Virus record (IMG/VR): IMGVR_UViG_3300002460_000021
Coordinates: 1-64,000 of that record
DNA from: a virus
Reading direction: 5' to 3' (one strand)
Length of the DNA stretch: 64,000 nucleotides
A program made the position numbers and the translations under genes. This document shows positions 7,985-17,405 of this stretch, piece after piece. Position 1 is the first letter of the stretch. Each line of letters opens with the position of its first letter. The notes beneath the pieces are model-generated. The model saw nothing but the letters and a program-made list of their open reading frames with translations. It did no database searches and had not been told where the DNA came from.

Positions 7985-8425
7985 TTAATTTAAACTAAAC
8001 CCGCGAGTCGACGATCCTATGTATGGAAAGAACGGCAAACTAACTAAATTACCAGGACGGTACGCTAGTAGCACGCGAGTGGAGCTCTCGTCGCCGAACG
8101 CCGGCATAGCCAACACTACTGCAAGGGAACACGGCTCACTTAAAATGCGCGCAACCGTATCGGCCGCCTGCAAGCCTTGCAAGCTACATGGAAACCGGCT
8201 CTGTAACAGTTCTCCTCCTGGTGTCATGCCCATAGCAACAAAACTACGACCAAAATTTCGCATCGTCATTGGTTGAGTTACCTTCTGGATTCCCCACCCA
8301 GAACCACTGACAGAACCAAGGTTCTTATCAGGTATACCGGCCAGGGTGCCAAGCCCGGTATACACCACGCGACGTGCCGGCGCTCTCTCGAGAAAGGCAC
8401 GTATGCTTGAGCAATTTGTGACCAT
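7985..8425 (-). CDS. Hypothetical protein, first gene after the promoter motif
   Basis: 146 aa ORF abutting the microprotein array. Confidence 0.5.
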   Translation of the reverse strand: MVTNCSSIRAFLERAPARRVVYTGLGTLAGIPDKNLGSVSGSGWGIQKVTQPMTMRNFGRSFVAMGMTPGGELLQSRFPCSLQGLQAADTVARILSEPCSLAVVLAMPAFGDESSTRVLLAYRPGNLVSLPFFPYIGSSTRGFSLN

Positions 8426-8548
8426 CCTAAATCACACGAACTCCGTCCAACCAGCCTGGCACGGGCCAAGTTACTCAACCGAGAGGTCAGGTTAAGTATA
8501 CTGTAGAGGACAGAATTTACAAGGGCGTGTGCACGCAAGATATTAACA

Positions 8549-8582
8549 AGTAATCATGACAGAAAATGTTAAGGAATTTAGC
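8549..8582 (-). promoter_or_regulatory. Putative phage promoter CTAAAT-N15-GTCATGATTA
   Basis: Third copy of the motif; upstream of the microprotein/DUF6948 region. Confidence 0.55.
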
Positions 8583-8617
8583 AAAAAAAAAAAACGACAC
8601 GGGAATCCGGGTCGTTT
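8583..8617 (-). terminator. Intrinsic terminator after the tubulin gene
   Basis: Imperfect hairpin followed by a 12-T tract on the minus strand. Confidence 0.6.
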
Positions 8618-8637
8618 ATGCTGGCTGTGGCTACTAA

Positions 8638-9738
8638 TTAACTAGTGCGCTTGCGCAGCTCTTGCAGACGTACTTCCGGAAGACCCAATCCACCGACCAT
8701 GACATAACAACGTAAATCGTCCTGGGCGCCAGGATATAGCGCATGATGTACAACAGCGCCAGGAGCTAGCATACGACTAATTGCCGCGGCGCTATAGTCC
8801 AGGAACTCAACGGGCAGCTTAGAAAAAACAGAGGGCCCGCCAACGAAGACCAGTGCCGCGCGAGTTCCTTTACTAAGATCGACGTCGACCACGGTGTTAC
8901 GCAAGAGCTGATCTCGCATGGCCTTGGCTACGTCAGATTCAGTGTCACACGGTTTAATTATAGTCGATCCCAAGACAACCGATCCGGAATCCATTATGGT
9001 GGCGAAGTCAATCTTATCCAACGGCTTGTATTCAGATGACGTTGCCGCGATCCTGTTAAACAGATGTAGCAAAGTACAAAAGCCGTTGTTGCTAATAGTC
9101 CAGAACTTATCGATGGCCGTACGCGGGTATAACACCTTGCTGAGCTTTTCGTTATCGACGACTAGCAGCGGGCTAAGCGCCGGCTGAGCAGCCTTAATCT
9201 TATCGAACGCGACCGCGGCGTTTTGCGCGGCACAGGTGCCTTCCTCATTTTTAGGCAGCGCCACCATTCCGCCAATCCTAGCAGGACGCCGTAACCCGTC
9301 AAAATAAGCGCGCAGGACACTTACAGCCACCGGCCAGGTACCGCTACCTGTGCCCCCACCAGCTCCAAAACAAACTAGCGCGTAATCAACTTCGTCACCA
9401 AGACAACGCTTGAATAGGTCGTGGACATCTTCTTCACGGCCCGTGATGGCCTTAAGCGCTACAGCGGGATCCTTGCCGGCGCCGCCAGTGCCCAGGTCCA
9501 GCTTATTGGCAGCTGGCAAATTTAAACTGTCTAGATCCTGCTTGGCTGTGTTTATGGCGACTACGCGACGATAGCCCAGGCCATAGTAGTGCGCGGCTAG
9601 GCGTCCGCCAGCTTGTCCCAGGCCAACGAAAGCCAGCTTATATGCTAGCTCCCCAGAAATCTCGTCATTAACTTTGTTGCCACGGTCCACTGCTTCTGGG
9701 ACGGGGATATCGCCCACGTCGATGAGACTGCCAGACAT
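8638..9738 (-). CDS. Tubulin/FtsZ-superfamily GTPase
   Basis: FVGLGQAGGRL, AINTA..DL, GAGKDP, signature GAGGGTGSG, VVDNEKL, T7-loop-like PLDKIDF; likely start MSGSLIDV. Confidence 0.9.
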   Translation of the reverse strand: MSGSLIDVGDIPVPEAVDRGNKVNDEISGELAYKLAFVGLGQAGGRLAAHYYGLGYRRVVAINTAKQDLDSLNLPAANKLDLGTGGAGKDPAVALKAITGREEDVHDLFKRCLGDEVDYALVCFGAGGGTGSGTWPVAVSVLRAYFDGLRRPARIGGMVALPKNEEGTCAAQNAAVAFDKIKAAQPALSPLLVVDNEKLSKVLYPRTAIDKFWTISNNGFCTLLHLFNRIAATSSEYKPLDKIDFATIMDSGSVVLGSTIIKPCDTESDVAKAMRDQLLRNTVVDVDLSKGTRAALVFVGGPSVFSKLPVEFLDYSAAAISRMLAPGAVVHHALYPGAQDDLRCYVMVGGLGLPEVRLQELRKRTS

Positions 9739-9827
9739 ACAGGAATCCTTTCTATTTAACTCACTGATCGAAGATTGAACTAAAATGGTGCCACGCCGAT
9801 GCTGTGCTACCAAACGGCACCGCCTCT

Positions 9828-9841
9828 AATACCCGGATATT
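9828..9841. repeat. Palindrome variant AATACCCGGATATT
   Basis: One mismatch; overlaps the TAA stop at 9840-9842. Confidence 0.8.
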
Positions 9842-10085
9842 AACTGCTAACTGCGTTGGTACTTGCCAGCTGTTTCTCCAGCGCAGCGACCTTATTCTCG
9901 AGTTCAACACAGCGCTTGCATGTTACTATTCGCCTATAGGCCGTGCAATTACAAGACTTATGAGAAACGTTATTCCCCGACCAGCCGGCCTTGAACTCCA
10001 CTATAGCGCCACTGCCATGACACTTGGAGCACTCAGGATCTGGGTAGTTACCCCAGCGAACAGGACTGTCATAACATGATAGCAT
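9840..10085 (-). CDS. Small Cys-rich zinc-finger protein
   Basis: CSKCHGSG and further Cys pairs. Confidence 0.55.
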   Translation of the reverse strand: MLSCYDSPVRWGNYPDPECSKCHGSGAIVEFKAGWSGNNVSHKSCNCTAYRRIVTCKRCVELENKVAALEKQLASTNAVSS

Positions 10086-10720
10086 TATAGCCTTTTCAAA
10101 ATCCGGGTTATTAGTGGGTTGCGTACAATGTCTGTCTCGGGGAAATAAACGATGGATACGCCCTGCACGCCTTTAAGCTTTTTAACCACTTCGCTTAGAG
10201 CGCAGGTGCCGTCCAAATCTGTTTGATCGGGGTCGCCAGCAATGATCAACTTACTCTTACAGCCCAGGCGCGTCAAGAATAGCTTTAACTGCGCGTAAGT
10301 GGCGTTGCTGGCTTCGTCTAAAATGGCTACACAGCTGTCTAAACTTCTGCCGCGCAAATAAGCTAGCGGCGCAATTTCAAATATCTCTTCAGGCAACTTG
10401 TATGCCATCTTTGCCGCCACATCGTAAATGGGCATCATAAATGGCTCGACTTTGGCAGAGATTTCGCCTGGAAGGAAACCAAGGTGTTCACCTGCTTCGA
10501 CAAGGGGCCTAGTAATAACTACACGCTCATACCGGCCAGCTAGCGTATCGTTTAACGCCATGCCCACAGCCGTAAATGTCTTACCGCTACCAGCAGGACC
10601 TAGTAGAAACAGTACTTCAGATTTAGCATATTCATCTACCGCCTGTTGTTGGGATTTAGTTATCGGTTTAAAAGTGAAGGCGCAGTCACCATGGACACGA
10701 CGCGAGCGGGCTCGACTCAC
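10085..10720 (-). CDS. phoH: PhoH-family ATPase
   Basis: GPAGSGKT, LGFLPG, LAYLRGRS, ILDEA, LTRLG, GDPDQTD, DIVRNPLI. Confidence 0.92.
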   Translation of the reverse strand: MSRARSRRVHGDCAFTFKPITKSQQQAVDEYAKSEVLFLLGPAGSGKTFTAVGMALNDTLAGRYERVVITRPLVEAGEHLGFLPGEISAKVEPFMMPIYDVAAKMAYKLPEEIFEIAPLAYLRGRSLDSCVAILDEASNATYAQLKLFLTRLGCKSKLIIAGDPDQTDLDGTCALSEVVKKLKGVQGVSIVYFPETDIVRNPLITRILKRL

Positions 10721-10722
10721 AA

Positions 10723-11310
10723 TTACCCCCTGCGACGTAGCTGTTGGAGATATCGATACACCGGCTTAACGACATAGTAACCAATGAATGCACGAATTTC
10801 GGTTCTACCTGACGCGCGGCGGACATAGTTTTCGATACGTGTTAGCGGGCACTCGACAGCACGTGACGTACTTAACCAACCCACAAACGTAGTAAGAGGA
10901 ATAGCGATATACCATGGCGCGAACACCAGCAACCAGAATACGGCCAAAAAATTAGCTACAACCAGCGCGGCATGAATAAGCACTATGGCATGAAAAATAC
11001 ACTCAAGCCATACGCGCTTATTTGGCAGCATCGCTTCAATAGGAATAGCAGACTCACCAGGGGCGCTCAAAGCTACTGTAGGAGGCTGGTAGCTGATATC
11101 TGCGTAATCCATGGTGTGCGCCGCATAATCTGCAGGGGCTGACGTGATGCCCTGCTTGAGCATAGCTAGCGTGACTTTTAAAGAGTCATTTGTGGTATGT
11201 CGTCCCACCTCGGCGTCTAACCGCGTAAATAACTCTCGTAGCTTACGGACTGAAAGATATTGCGTGGAAATTTCAACGATCTTGGCGGCTTCTTCGGCAG
11301 TAGTTGGCAT
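10723..11310 (-). CDS. Membrane protein, DUF2784-like C-terminus
   Basis: TM helices followed by ECPLTRIENYVRR..G. Confidence 0.55.
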   Translation of the reverse strand: MPTTAEEAAKIVEISTQYLSVRKLRELFTRLDAEVGRHTTNDSLKVTLAMLKQGITSAPADYAAHTMDYADISYQPPTVALSAPGESAIPIEAMLPNKRVWLECIFHAIVLIHAALVVANFLAVFWLLVFAPWYIAIPLTTFVGWLSTSRAVECPLTRIENYVRRASGRTEIRAFIGYYVVKPVYRYLQQLRRRG

Positions 11311-11357
11311 AAAAGGTCCCCGTATAAGATAATGTCCACGACTAACGATTTGTCATT

Positions 11358-14222
11358 TTAGCTACCGAATGGATTTGCGCCAGCCCAGAAGTGAGGCTTG
11401 GTGACTAACGACGGATGTCCGCCAGTTAGTCCGTATCCAGCTAGTCCAGCTCCGCCCAGTGTCATTAAAGGCGAAAAATATGACATCGGTCCGCCGCCCC
11501 CGTCGTCGTCATCTCCACCGCCAAACAAACTAGATAAGAAACCTATTAAGCCCAAGCCAGCGCCAGCGTACACTAGCAGCTTGTAGTTATCAGGAAGGCG
11601 TTGCCAGATATTTAAAGCTACTCCGTATTGTTTCTGAGGATCCAAGTTGGCGAATTCGGGGTTACTACGAAATTCAGGGCTCTTCCAGATATTCTCAACG
11701 CCGCGCACTTGCGCGGGCGTTTTACCCGTAGGATCCATAAACTGCTTAACTAAGTCTTTTGGGCTAGCTACGCCGTCAGCTTGCATAGTCGCTGGCAGTG
11801 TCTCCTGCGCCGCCTGCAGACGAGGAATGTAATCGGTAAAAAGGCGCTGTTTTTGCGCGGCGATTTCTGGAGGAATGGGCTCTCCAGTAACTGGATGCTT
11901 GTTTTGTGCTAACAAAGACTGAGCCTTAGAAAGTACCTGGTGGTAGTTTTGGAACGGCGTTGGCACAGCGGCAGGCGCAACTGTAGGTGCTGCCGCTGGT
12001 GCCGCCGTGGGCACTGCCGGAGCAAGCTGCCGGGGAGCCGGCACTAGTTCACGCCCCTCGCCCTTAGCTAATCCGGCTGCAGCTGGTGAGGGTGGTGGCA
12101 GCTTAGCCGCTGCAGCGGCTTCCGACGACGGCGGGCCGGACTTGATAGGCTCGTTTGGCGGTCTAATCCCTAACGCGGTCTGAACATCTTCCTCTGTTAA
12201 CTCTGGCGCCGGTGTTTGTTGCACAGCGGATGCGCCGCCAGCCGGAGCCGGTACCGGCAGCGTAGCCGGCTGTAACTTAGCGGCTTCTTCTGGATAATTC
12301 GCCTTTAAATATTCACGAAACTGCTCTTTATTGCCAGCGGGGTTGTCTTTAGTAAATTGAAGGTAGCGCTGTTCCAGCCGCATATCCAGCGGCACCTCTT
12401 TTCCGCTAGCCGTCAGTTTATCTACCTGCGCGTTTATTTCTGCCAACGCACCAGTGGTCTTGCGCCACGAGTCTACGGTCACAGGCGATTCGCCGCCGCC
12501 CATCTGCGCAATTCCCTCGGCAGTATTGACTATTTCCGGTATGGCTTTCTCAGCTACCGCGGTGGCGGTAGGTATAACTTTACCGTATGGAGAATATATT
12601 TCTGACAGCCGCTTAGGCAATTCTCCGCGCCTTAAATCACCGAGAAGGCTGCCAAAAAACATTGGTTGCGTACTAATGCTGGTATGCGGCAAATACGCGG
12701 CAGGACCGGCCGGATGGGGCGCACCACGCTCCAACGGCGCGCCGGGCTCCTGTCCTTCCACGGCAGGACGTTCTAGGTTTGCCAGCGCCACCTGCTGCGC
12801 TGTCATGTATGCCGGAATAGCCAGAGCTTTAGATAGCGGCGAGCCGCCGCCCACCAAACTATGCGCTACACCGGAGCCGGTGTAGGCGCGCAGAGGGAAC
12901 GCCGCGGTGTTAAGCCCGCCCTGTAAAAGTTTAAGCGCTGGCTGCGCGGCCGCCGGCATGCTCGGCAGACGCGATAAATATGGTATGAGATCATTGGTAA
13001 CTAGACGAGAAGGCTCCATACGAGAAACAGCCCATGGAATTAATTCTCTTTTGGTAGCGGTTCCTCGCCACCAATCTAGCGGGGTATGCGCTATATCCTT
13101 AGCTATTGGTTTAAGCGACTGCCCCGGCAATCCCTTCATTGTCTGCCACCAGCCAGCGGCGGGGGGCGGCGGCGTTACTATCGGCTCAGCGCCGGTTAGT
13201 TTAGCAAATCCACCAAGATCCCTGGTGCCTGCTGTAGCCGCCGTACCGACCGGCTTAATCTTTGGCCGGATGAGGGTGGCGCCGTCCGCGGTGCTAATAC
13301 TTGGCCTGACGCCGAGCAAGGCAAAGTTTGTTAATGCTTCATCCCGCCGCTGCATTCGTTCTGCAAATGTAGTCTCAGTCTCAGGGTAAGAACTCCCCGG
13401 TTCGCCAGGAGCGAGCGGACGTTGTTCTCCTAGTTGTCTACCCAGCACGGTCTCTTCAAGCCCACCGGTAATCCTACCCGGCAATTTAGATAGATATCTG
13501 CCCATGAACTTAGGGTCAACAAGGCGACGTAGCCCTTTTGGTGGCGTATACTCTTCTTCTGGCGTGGCACTTACCACAGGACGTCGTGCCTTCCCGCCTG
13601 CGGCTATGGCTCTAGCCGTATTATCAGCAACCCAAGCCTCATACTGCTGTGGGCTTAATTGTTTTATTTGTTCTTCACTTAGCGTGCCTGCAAAAGGCCG
13701 TTTAACTTCAGGTAACTTAGATATATAAAGTAATTCGCCGAGATTGGGTTTAGCTATAGATGAAGTCGCGCCGACGCGAGCAGCCGCGCCACGCGCTATT
13801 GCCCTGGCGAATGGCGCAGGCATGACAGCAGTAGCCGATGGTAACGCCGCGGCAACGTCCACCGGACTGGTAAGGTTAATCGGCGCCACGTTCGGCTTGG
13901 CTGCCGGGGACTGTGTCGGCGGCGCAGCTAACGACAACTCAGGGGCAGCCGTGCCGCCAGCGGGCAGTTTCTTGAGAATGCCTTGTAAGTCAAGCGGCTC
14001 TACCGGCGGCGGCGTACGTGGCGCTGGCGCTAGCTCTGGCAATTGACTTTGTTTAAACAGGCTTTCCCATTCCTCAGCTACCGCCGGATCCACAGCCGAC
14101 CTTTTAATAAGATCGACCAGATCACCGGTACAGGCGCCGTTATCTAGCGCTTGTTTAATAAATCCGTAGCAGAAAGGGTGATTGGATTGAATAGACGTGA
14201 GATCAATGGCGCTTACTGACAT
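11358..14222 (-). CDS. Large Pro/Ala-rich protein, possibly virion-internal
   Basis: 954 aa, low complexity, C-terminal Gly-rich hydrophobic helices. Confidence 0.5.
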   Translation of the reverse strand: MSVSAIDLTSIQSNHPFCYGFIKQALDNGACTGDLVDLIKRSAVDPAVAEEWESLFKQSQLPELAPAPRTPPPVEPLDLQGILKKLPAGGTAAPELSLAAPPTQSPAAKPNVAPINLTSPVDVAAALPSATAVMPAPFARAIARGAAARVGATSSIAKPNLGELLYISKLPEVKRPFAGTLSEEQIKQLSPQQYEAWVADNTARAIAAGGKARRPVVSATPEEEYTPPKGLRRLVDPKFMGRYLSKLPGRITGGLEETVLGRQLGEQRPLAPGEPGSSYPETETTFAERMQRRDEALTNFALLGVRPSISTADGATLIRPKIKPVGTAATAGTRDLGGFAKLTGAEPIVTPPPPAAGWWQTMKGLPGQSLKPIAKDIAHTPLDWWRGTATKRELIPWAVSRMEPSRLVTNDLIPYLSRLPSMPAAAQPALKLLQGGLNTAAFPLRAYTGSGVAHSLVGGGSPLSKALAIPAYMTAQQVALANLERPAVEGQEPGAPLERGAPHPAGPAAYLPHTSISTQPMFFGSLLGDLRRGELPKRLSEIYSPYGKVIPTATAVAEKAIPEIVNTAEGIAQMGGGESPVTVDSWRKTTGALAEINAQVDKLTASGKEVPLDMRLEQRYLQFTKDNPAGNKEQFREYLKANYPEEAAKLQPATLPVPAPAGGASAVQQTPAPELTEEDVQTALGIRPPNEPIKSGPPSSEAAAAAKLPPPSPAAAGLAKGEGRELVPAPRQLAPAVPTAAPAAAPTVAPAAVPTPFQNYHQVLSKAQSLLAQNKHPVTGEPIPPEIAAQKQRLFTDYIPRLQAAQETLPATMQADGVASPKDLVKQFMDPTGKTPAQVRGVENIWKSPEFRSNPEFANLDPQKQYGVALNIWQRLPDNYKLLVYAGAGLGLIGFLSSLFGGGDDDDGGGGPMSYFSPLMTLGGAGLAGYGLTGGHPSLVTKPHFWAGANPFGS

Positions 14223-14276
14223 GACAGCCCCCCGTAGTAGTGCTGTCAGTAGTTTAACTAAATGCGTACAAACCGG

Positions 14277-14531
14277 CTAGTCTTCAGACTCTAGAGGAAG
14301 GTCTTCTTCTGGATCGGTGTCATCCAGCAGTTGAAAACCTTCCTCTAGAGAGTTACGCTCTTCTTCGCGAGTTGCTTCGTCTAAATCAAAAAGAATGTTT
14401 TCATCAGACTCTTTAAACTCTTTGCGTATACGCTTCTTTAAATTGCGGCGCCGCAGCCTCTTGCGCTCTAGTTCTTTAGCGCGCTCGTAGCGAGACGGGC
14501 CGTAATCAAATTCGTCGTCAGGATGGCTCAT
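14277..14531 (-). CDS. Small charged hypothetical protein
   Basis: ORF track; basic then acidic halves. Confidence 0.6.
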   Translation of the reverse strand: MSHPDDEFDYGPSRYERAKELERKRLRRRNLKKRIRKEFKESDENILFDLDEATREEERNSLEEGFQLLDDTDPEEDLPLESED

Positions 14532-14542
14532 TGCAATTAAAG

Positions 14543-14785
14543 TTAATTAGACTCAGTACCATAACGCCGCTCCAACGAACGTTTAAGCGCGTCCGAATAT
14601 AGCTCCTTGCGTTCACTCTCGATAAGCTGATCCATCATGAGATGCACGACTTTAGCGGCCACTTCCGAAGCGTCTTGCAAGTCGCAATCGCTATCTCCGT
14701 ACAAGGCCGGAGATACCATGGTTACTTTCTTGTTAGTATCAAGTTCCATAACAATACTGCAGACCATCTTGCGAACCTGCGCCAT
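14543..14785 (-). CDS. Hypothetical protein
   Basis: AGGAG RBS, operon position. Confidence 0.65.
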   Translation of the reverse strand: MAQVRKMVCSIVMELDTNKKVTMVSPALYGDSDCDLQDASEVAAKVVHLMMDQLIESERKELYSDALKRSLERRYGTESN

Positions 14786-14796
14786 AACTTCTCCTA

Positions 14797-15120
14797 CTAT
14801 CTGTTTCGATTAGTGATAGCCACCGAAACGCTAGGTACGATAGAGCCGCCACCGCGCTGCAGATTTTGAAAGGTAATAGGATTCATGATGTCTTCTTGCA
14901 TGTCGGACTCAAAAGAAACAGACAACATAGACAGCCGTAAACCATTGGCCATAACCAAGCCAAGCCCGGGGGTGATAGTTTCGTCGACAGTGATAGGAGG
15001 ATTTTTAACCAGGTGATCCGCGGCAAACTTTAGAAAAGCACCGAGATCATTGGCCTGGTAGGGCGGCGTTTGCGCCAGATATTCCGCAGACAAGTAATCC
15101 AGCAACGTAGGTATATTCAT
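14797..15120 (-). CDS. Hypothetical protein
   Basis: AAGGA RBS, operon position. Confidence 0.65.
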   Translation of the reverse strand: MNIPTLLDYLSAEYLAQTPPYQANDLGAFLKFAADHLVKNPPITVDETITPGLGLVMANGLRLSMLSVSFESDMQEDIMNPITFQNLQRGGGSIVPSVSVAITNRNR

Positions 15121-15129
15121 GACGTTCCT

Positions 15130-16626
15130 TTAGGGGCGCTCGGCAATGCCCCAATTAAATAGGATAGGAGGAAAATCTAAGCCCACAGTCTTGCAGAACA
15201 TCGCGTATGCATTTTGAACACCTTCATCCTCCTGACCTGACACAAGGAAGGCCCCAGGTGAAGATAGCATATTCCAGCCCAAACGCAAACCGGTTGTCAA
15301 ATTATCTACAACCGACTTACCGTCCACCACAACAGCCGAGTACGCTGCATTGAGCTGTCGACTAGACATTACGTTAGATATTGAATTATTGATAGCCCTG
15401 ATAGCACAGGGCCGCGACACACGCCAGCTTGCCTTAGTTACAGCGGCCACTACAGCGGATAGATCACTCTCACTAACCAATGTAACATGCGCCAGTGGCG
15501 TACCGCTGTCCAATACTCCGGTAACAAAAGCCGCCGTGTTAGCGGCAGAGGACGGATTTAAAAACAATACCACACGAGAGCGGTAGTGTCGCCCCAATGC
15601 GTAGCTAATGGCATCCGTATCTGCCGGCCAGCCGTGCTGAGTGGGTTTGAACTGCCGCGCATAACCAGCCAATACGGCCGCCGGTTCCTCGCCTGGTAAT
15701 TTAGATGAAACTGGACCGATGAGCGGAGACCATGCGGTTTGATTGTTGTGCCGCAGCGCGGCACATATGCCCTTAACTCCTTCTTTAAACTCGGCGTCTG
15801 TACTGACATGCAACTGATCTGTAAATTCAGGATCCGCCCATGATCCCCGCAAGTTAGGAAGTGCTCGAGGATTGACACACATACCTGGAACTCTAAGCAC
15901 GTTGGCTAAAATAGTAATTCCAGACGCGTGACCAAGACAATATTTAGCGCGCCCCAACAAATGATACACATCAGCCCACGGCAGGTCAGTGGCAATAATC
16001 GCCTTAGGCGCCTCATTACGGATTCGTGGCAACAGCCTTGCACTGCGGCCGTCGTATGTGCCAGTCATTATATATACGTTAGCTACTTCACTAAGTACGG
16101 CCGCAGAAGCTACCCATGTCTCATCGTGAATATCTGACCAGCCGGTGAAGTGGAGAACGACTATGGGGTCATCCGCTTTTAAAGTCGATACGCCCGGATC
16201 ACCCATGCAATAGTGAAAGTTGGTGGGCAGATCTGGTAGGTAGTCTTGAAGTAAGTTGCCGTCCTCCAGCCACCGATTAACCTCTAGACGGGTCCGAATA
16301 TTTGGTTGAATATTTAAATCGCGCCAACGCCTACCGTAAGCGGCGGCCGCATGGGAGGGCGGTACCCATGTACCATGCTCGTAAAAATATTCGTCGCTAT
16401 ACCGATATCCCAGTACGTGGGGCAATTGATCCAAGTAACCGGATGCGCGACGCGGACGTGTAGGTGCTTCGTTTGCCAGGTCTAAAAAAATAGGTAGCGG
16501 CAAATTGCATAGCTTCGAATAGAGCCACGACAAATCACCTATGCCAGAGTGAGTAAACAGATGATAGCAGGCGACACCTGGTGGCGGCGCAACCATCTCT
16601 TTCTTGCTCACGACATGCCCTTTCAA
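15130..16626 (-). CDS. GT9-like (heptosyltransferase-like) glycosyltransferase with extra C-terminal domain
   Basis: N-terminal SGIGDL and central LLGRAKYCLGHASGITILANVLRVP (GT9 DSG..H.A..L..P pattern). Confidence 0.6.
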   Translation of the reverse strand: MKGHVVSKKEMVAPPPGVACYHLFTHSGIGDLSWLYSKLCNLPLPIFLDLANEAPTRPRRASGYLDQLPHVLGYRYSDEYFYEHGTWVPPSHAAAAYGRRWRDLNIQPNIRTRLEVNRWLEDGNLLQDYLPDLPTNFHYCMGDPGVSTLKADDPIVVLHFTGWSDIHDETWVASAAVLSEVANVYIMTGTYDGRSARLLPRIRNEAPKAIIATDLPWADVYHLLGRAKYCLGHASGITILANVLRVPGMCVNPRALPNLRGSWADPEFTDQLHVSTDAEFKEGVKGICAALRHNNQTAWSPLIGPVSSKLPGEEPAAVLAGYARQFKPTQHGWPADTDAISYALGRHYRSRVVLFLNPSSAANTAAFVTGVLDSGTPLAHVTLVSESDLSAVVAAVTKASWRVSRPCAIRAINNSISNVMSSRQLNAAYSAVVVDGKSVVDNLTTGLRLGWNMLSSPGAFLVSGQEDEGVQNAYAMFCKTVGLDFPPILFNWGIAERP

Positions 16627-16629
16627 CTT

Positions 16630-16643
16630 AATATCCGGATATT
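16630..16643. repeat. AATATCCGGATATT palindrome copy 4
   Basis: Exact; overlaps TAA stop 16642-16644. Confidence 0.95.
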
Positions 16644-17391
16644 ATAGCGGCTTCTTCCAGACGACCTGAAGTTTTCCAGCTATCGGAATTGCTTCATGTA
16701 CTCGTTCAAAACTGGGTAAGGCCTTGGAGCGCAACATCTCTAGTGAAGGCGACGAAAAATGAAATAGATGCTCATCTGGCTTGTGATGTGAAAATGTTTC
16801 CAGGTTTTCATCGAGGTGCTGGCCAATGTCTGGGAACTCGAACACTAGACAGCCGCCGGCCGCTAAGTTATCGCCAGCGTGCGAAACTACGGCGAAAGGA
16901 TCAGCAACGTGCTCGAGTACATCAAAAAAACTAATTACCTGTGCCTCTGGAGTGCAACCGATAAAAAATTCGTAAGACGTTTCCACAGCAGCTATTAGGA
17001 AGTGGCTCAGATCCTTACAAAAGGCAGGATCTGTCTCAACACCTATTACGGAATATCCGATTTGCCGCGCCAGAGATATGAACCCGCCAGAGCCACAACC
17101 TACATCTACCCACAAACAATCGGGGCTGGGGCCAGGCAGCACGTGGGAGAGTTGTTGCATACGCTTAAGAGCTACGCCGCGATCGTGCTGAAAACGTTCC
17201 CACACGCCAAGCCGTAGTCCGACTTGTGCTCGCGCGGCATCGTAATTATCGCGCGTATATACTGCCATAGGATCTGCTGGCAGTCTAACCTGGAAAACTA
17301 GCGAACAGTTTAAACACTTGCGAAATAAATCATCACTACATGAGGCCAGCTGTTCGCTCAGGCACACCGGACAGTAAAGACACAAGTCCAT
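16642..17391 (-). CDS. Class I SAM-dependent methyltransferase with N-terminal Zn ribbon
   Basis: CPVC..CLNC; VDVGCGSG; FDVLEHV.DP; EHLFHFS. Confidence 0.85.
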   Translation of the reverse strand: MDLCLYCPVCLSEQLASCSDDLFRKCLNCSLVFQVRLPADPMAVYTRDNYDAARAQVGLRLGVWERFQHDRGVALKRMQQLSHVLPGPSPDCLWVDVGCGSGGFISLARQIGYSVIGVETDPAFCKDLSHFLIAAVETSYEFFIGCTPEAQVISFFDVLEHVADPFAVVSHAGDNLAAGGCLVFEFPDIGQHLDENLETFSHHKPDEHLFHFSSPSLEMLRSKALPSFERVHEAIPIAGKLQVVWKKPL

Positions 17392-17405
17392 GACGTAAAT
17401 CCTTT

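Noticed and set aside
8638-9813. Cellular ftsZ in a bacterial chromosome
   Set aside because: No dcw-cluster genes, no FtsZ C-terminal linker or peptide, and the context is phage (terL, putative portal, phage-type replisome).
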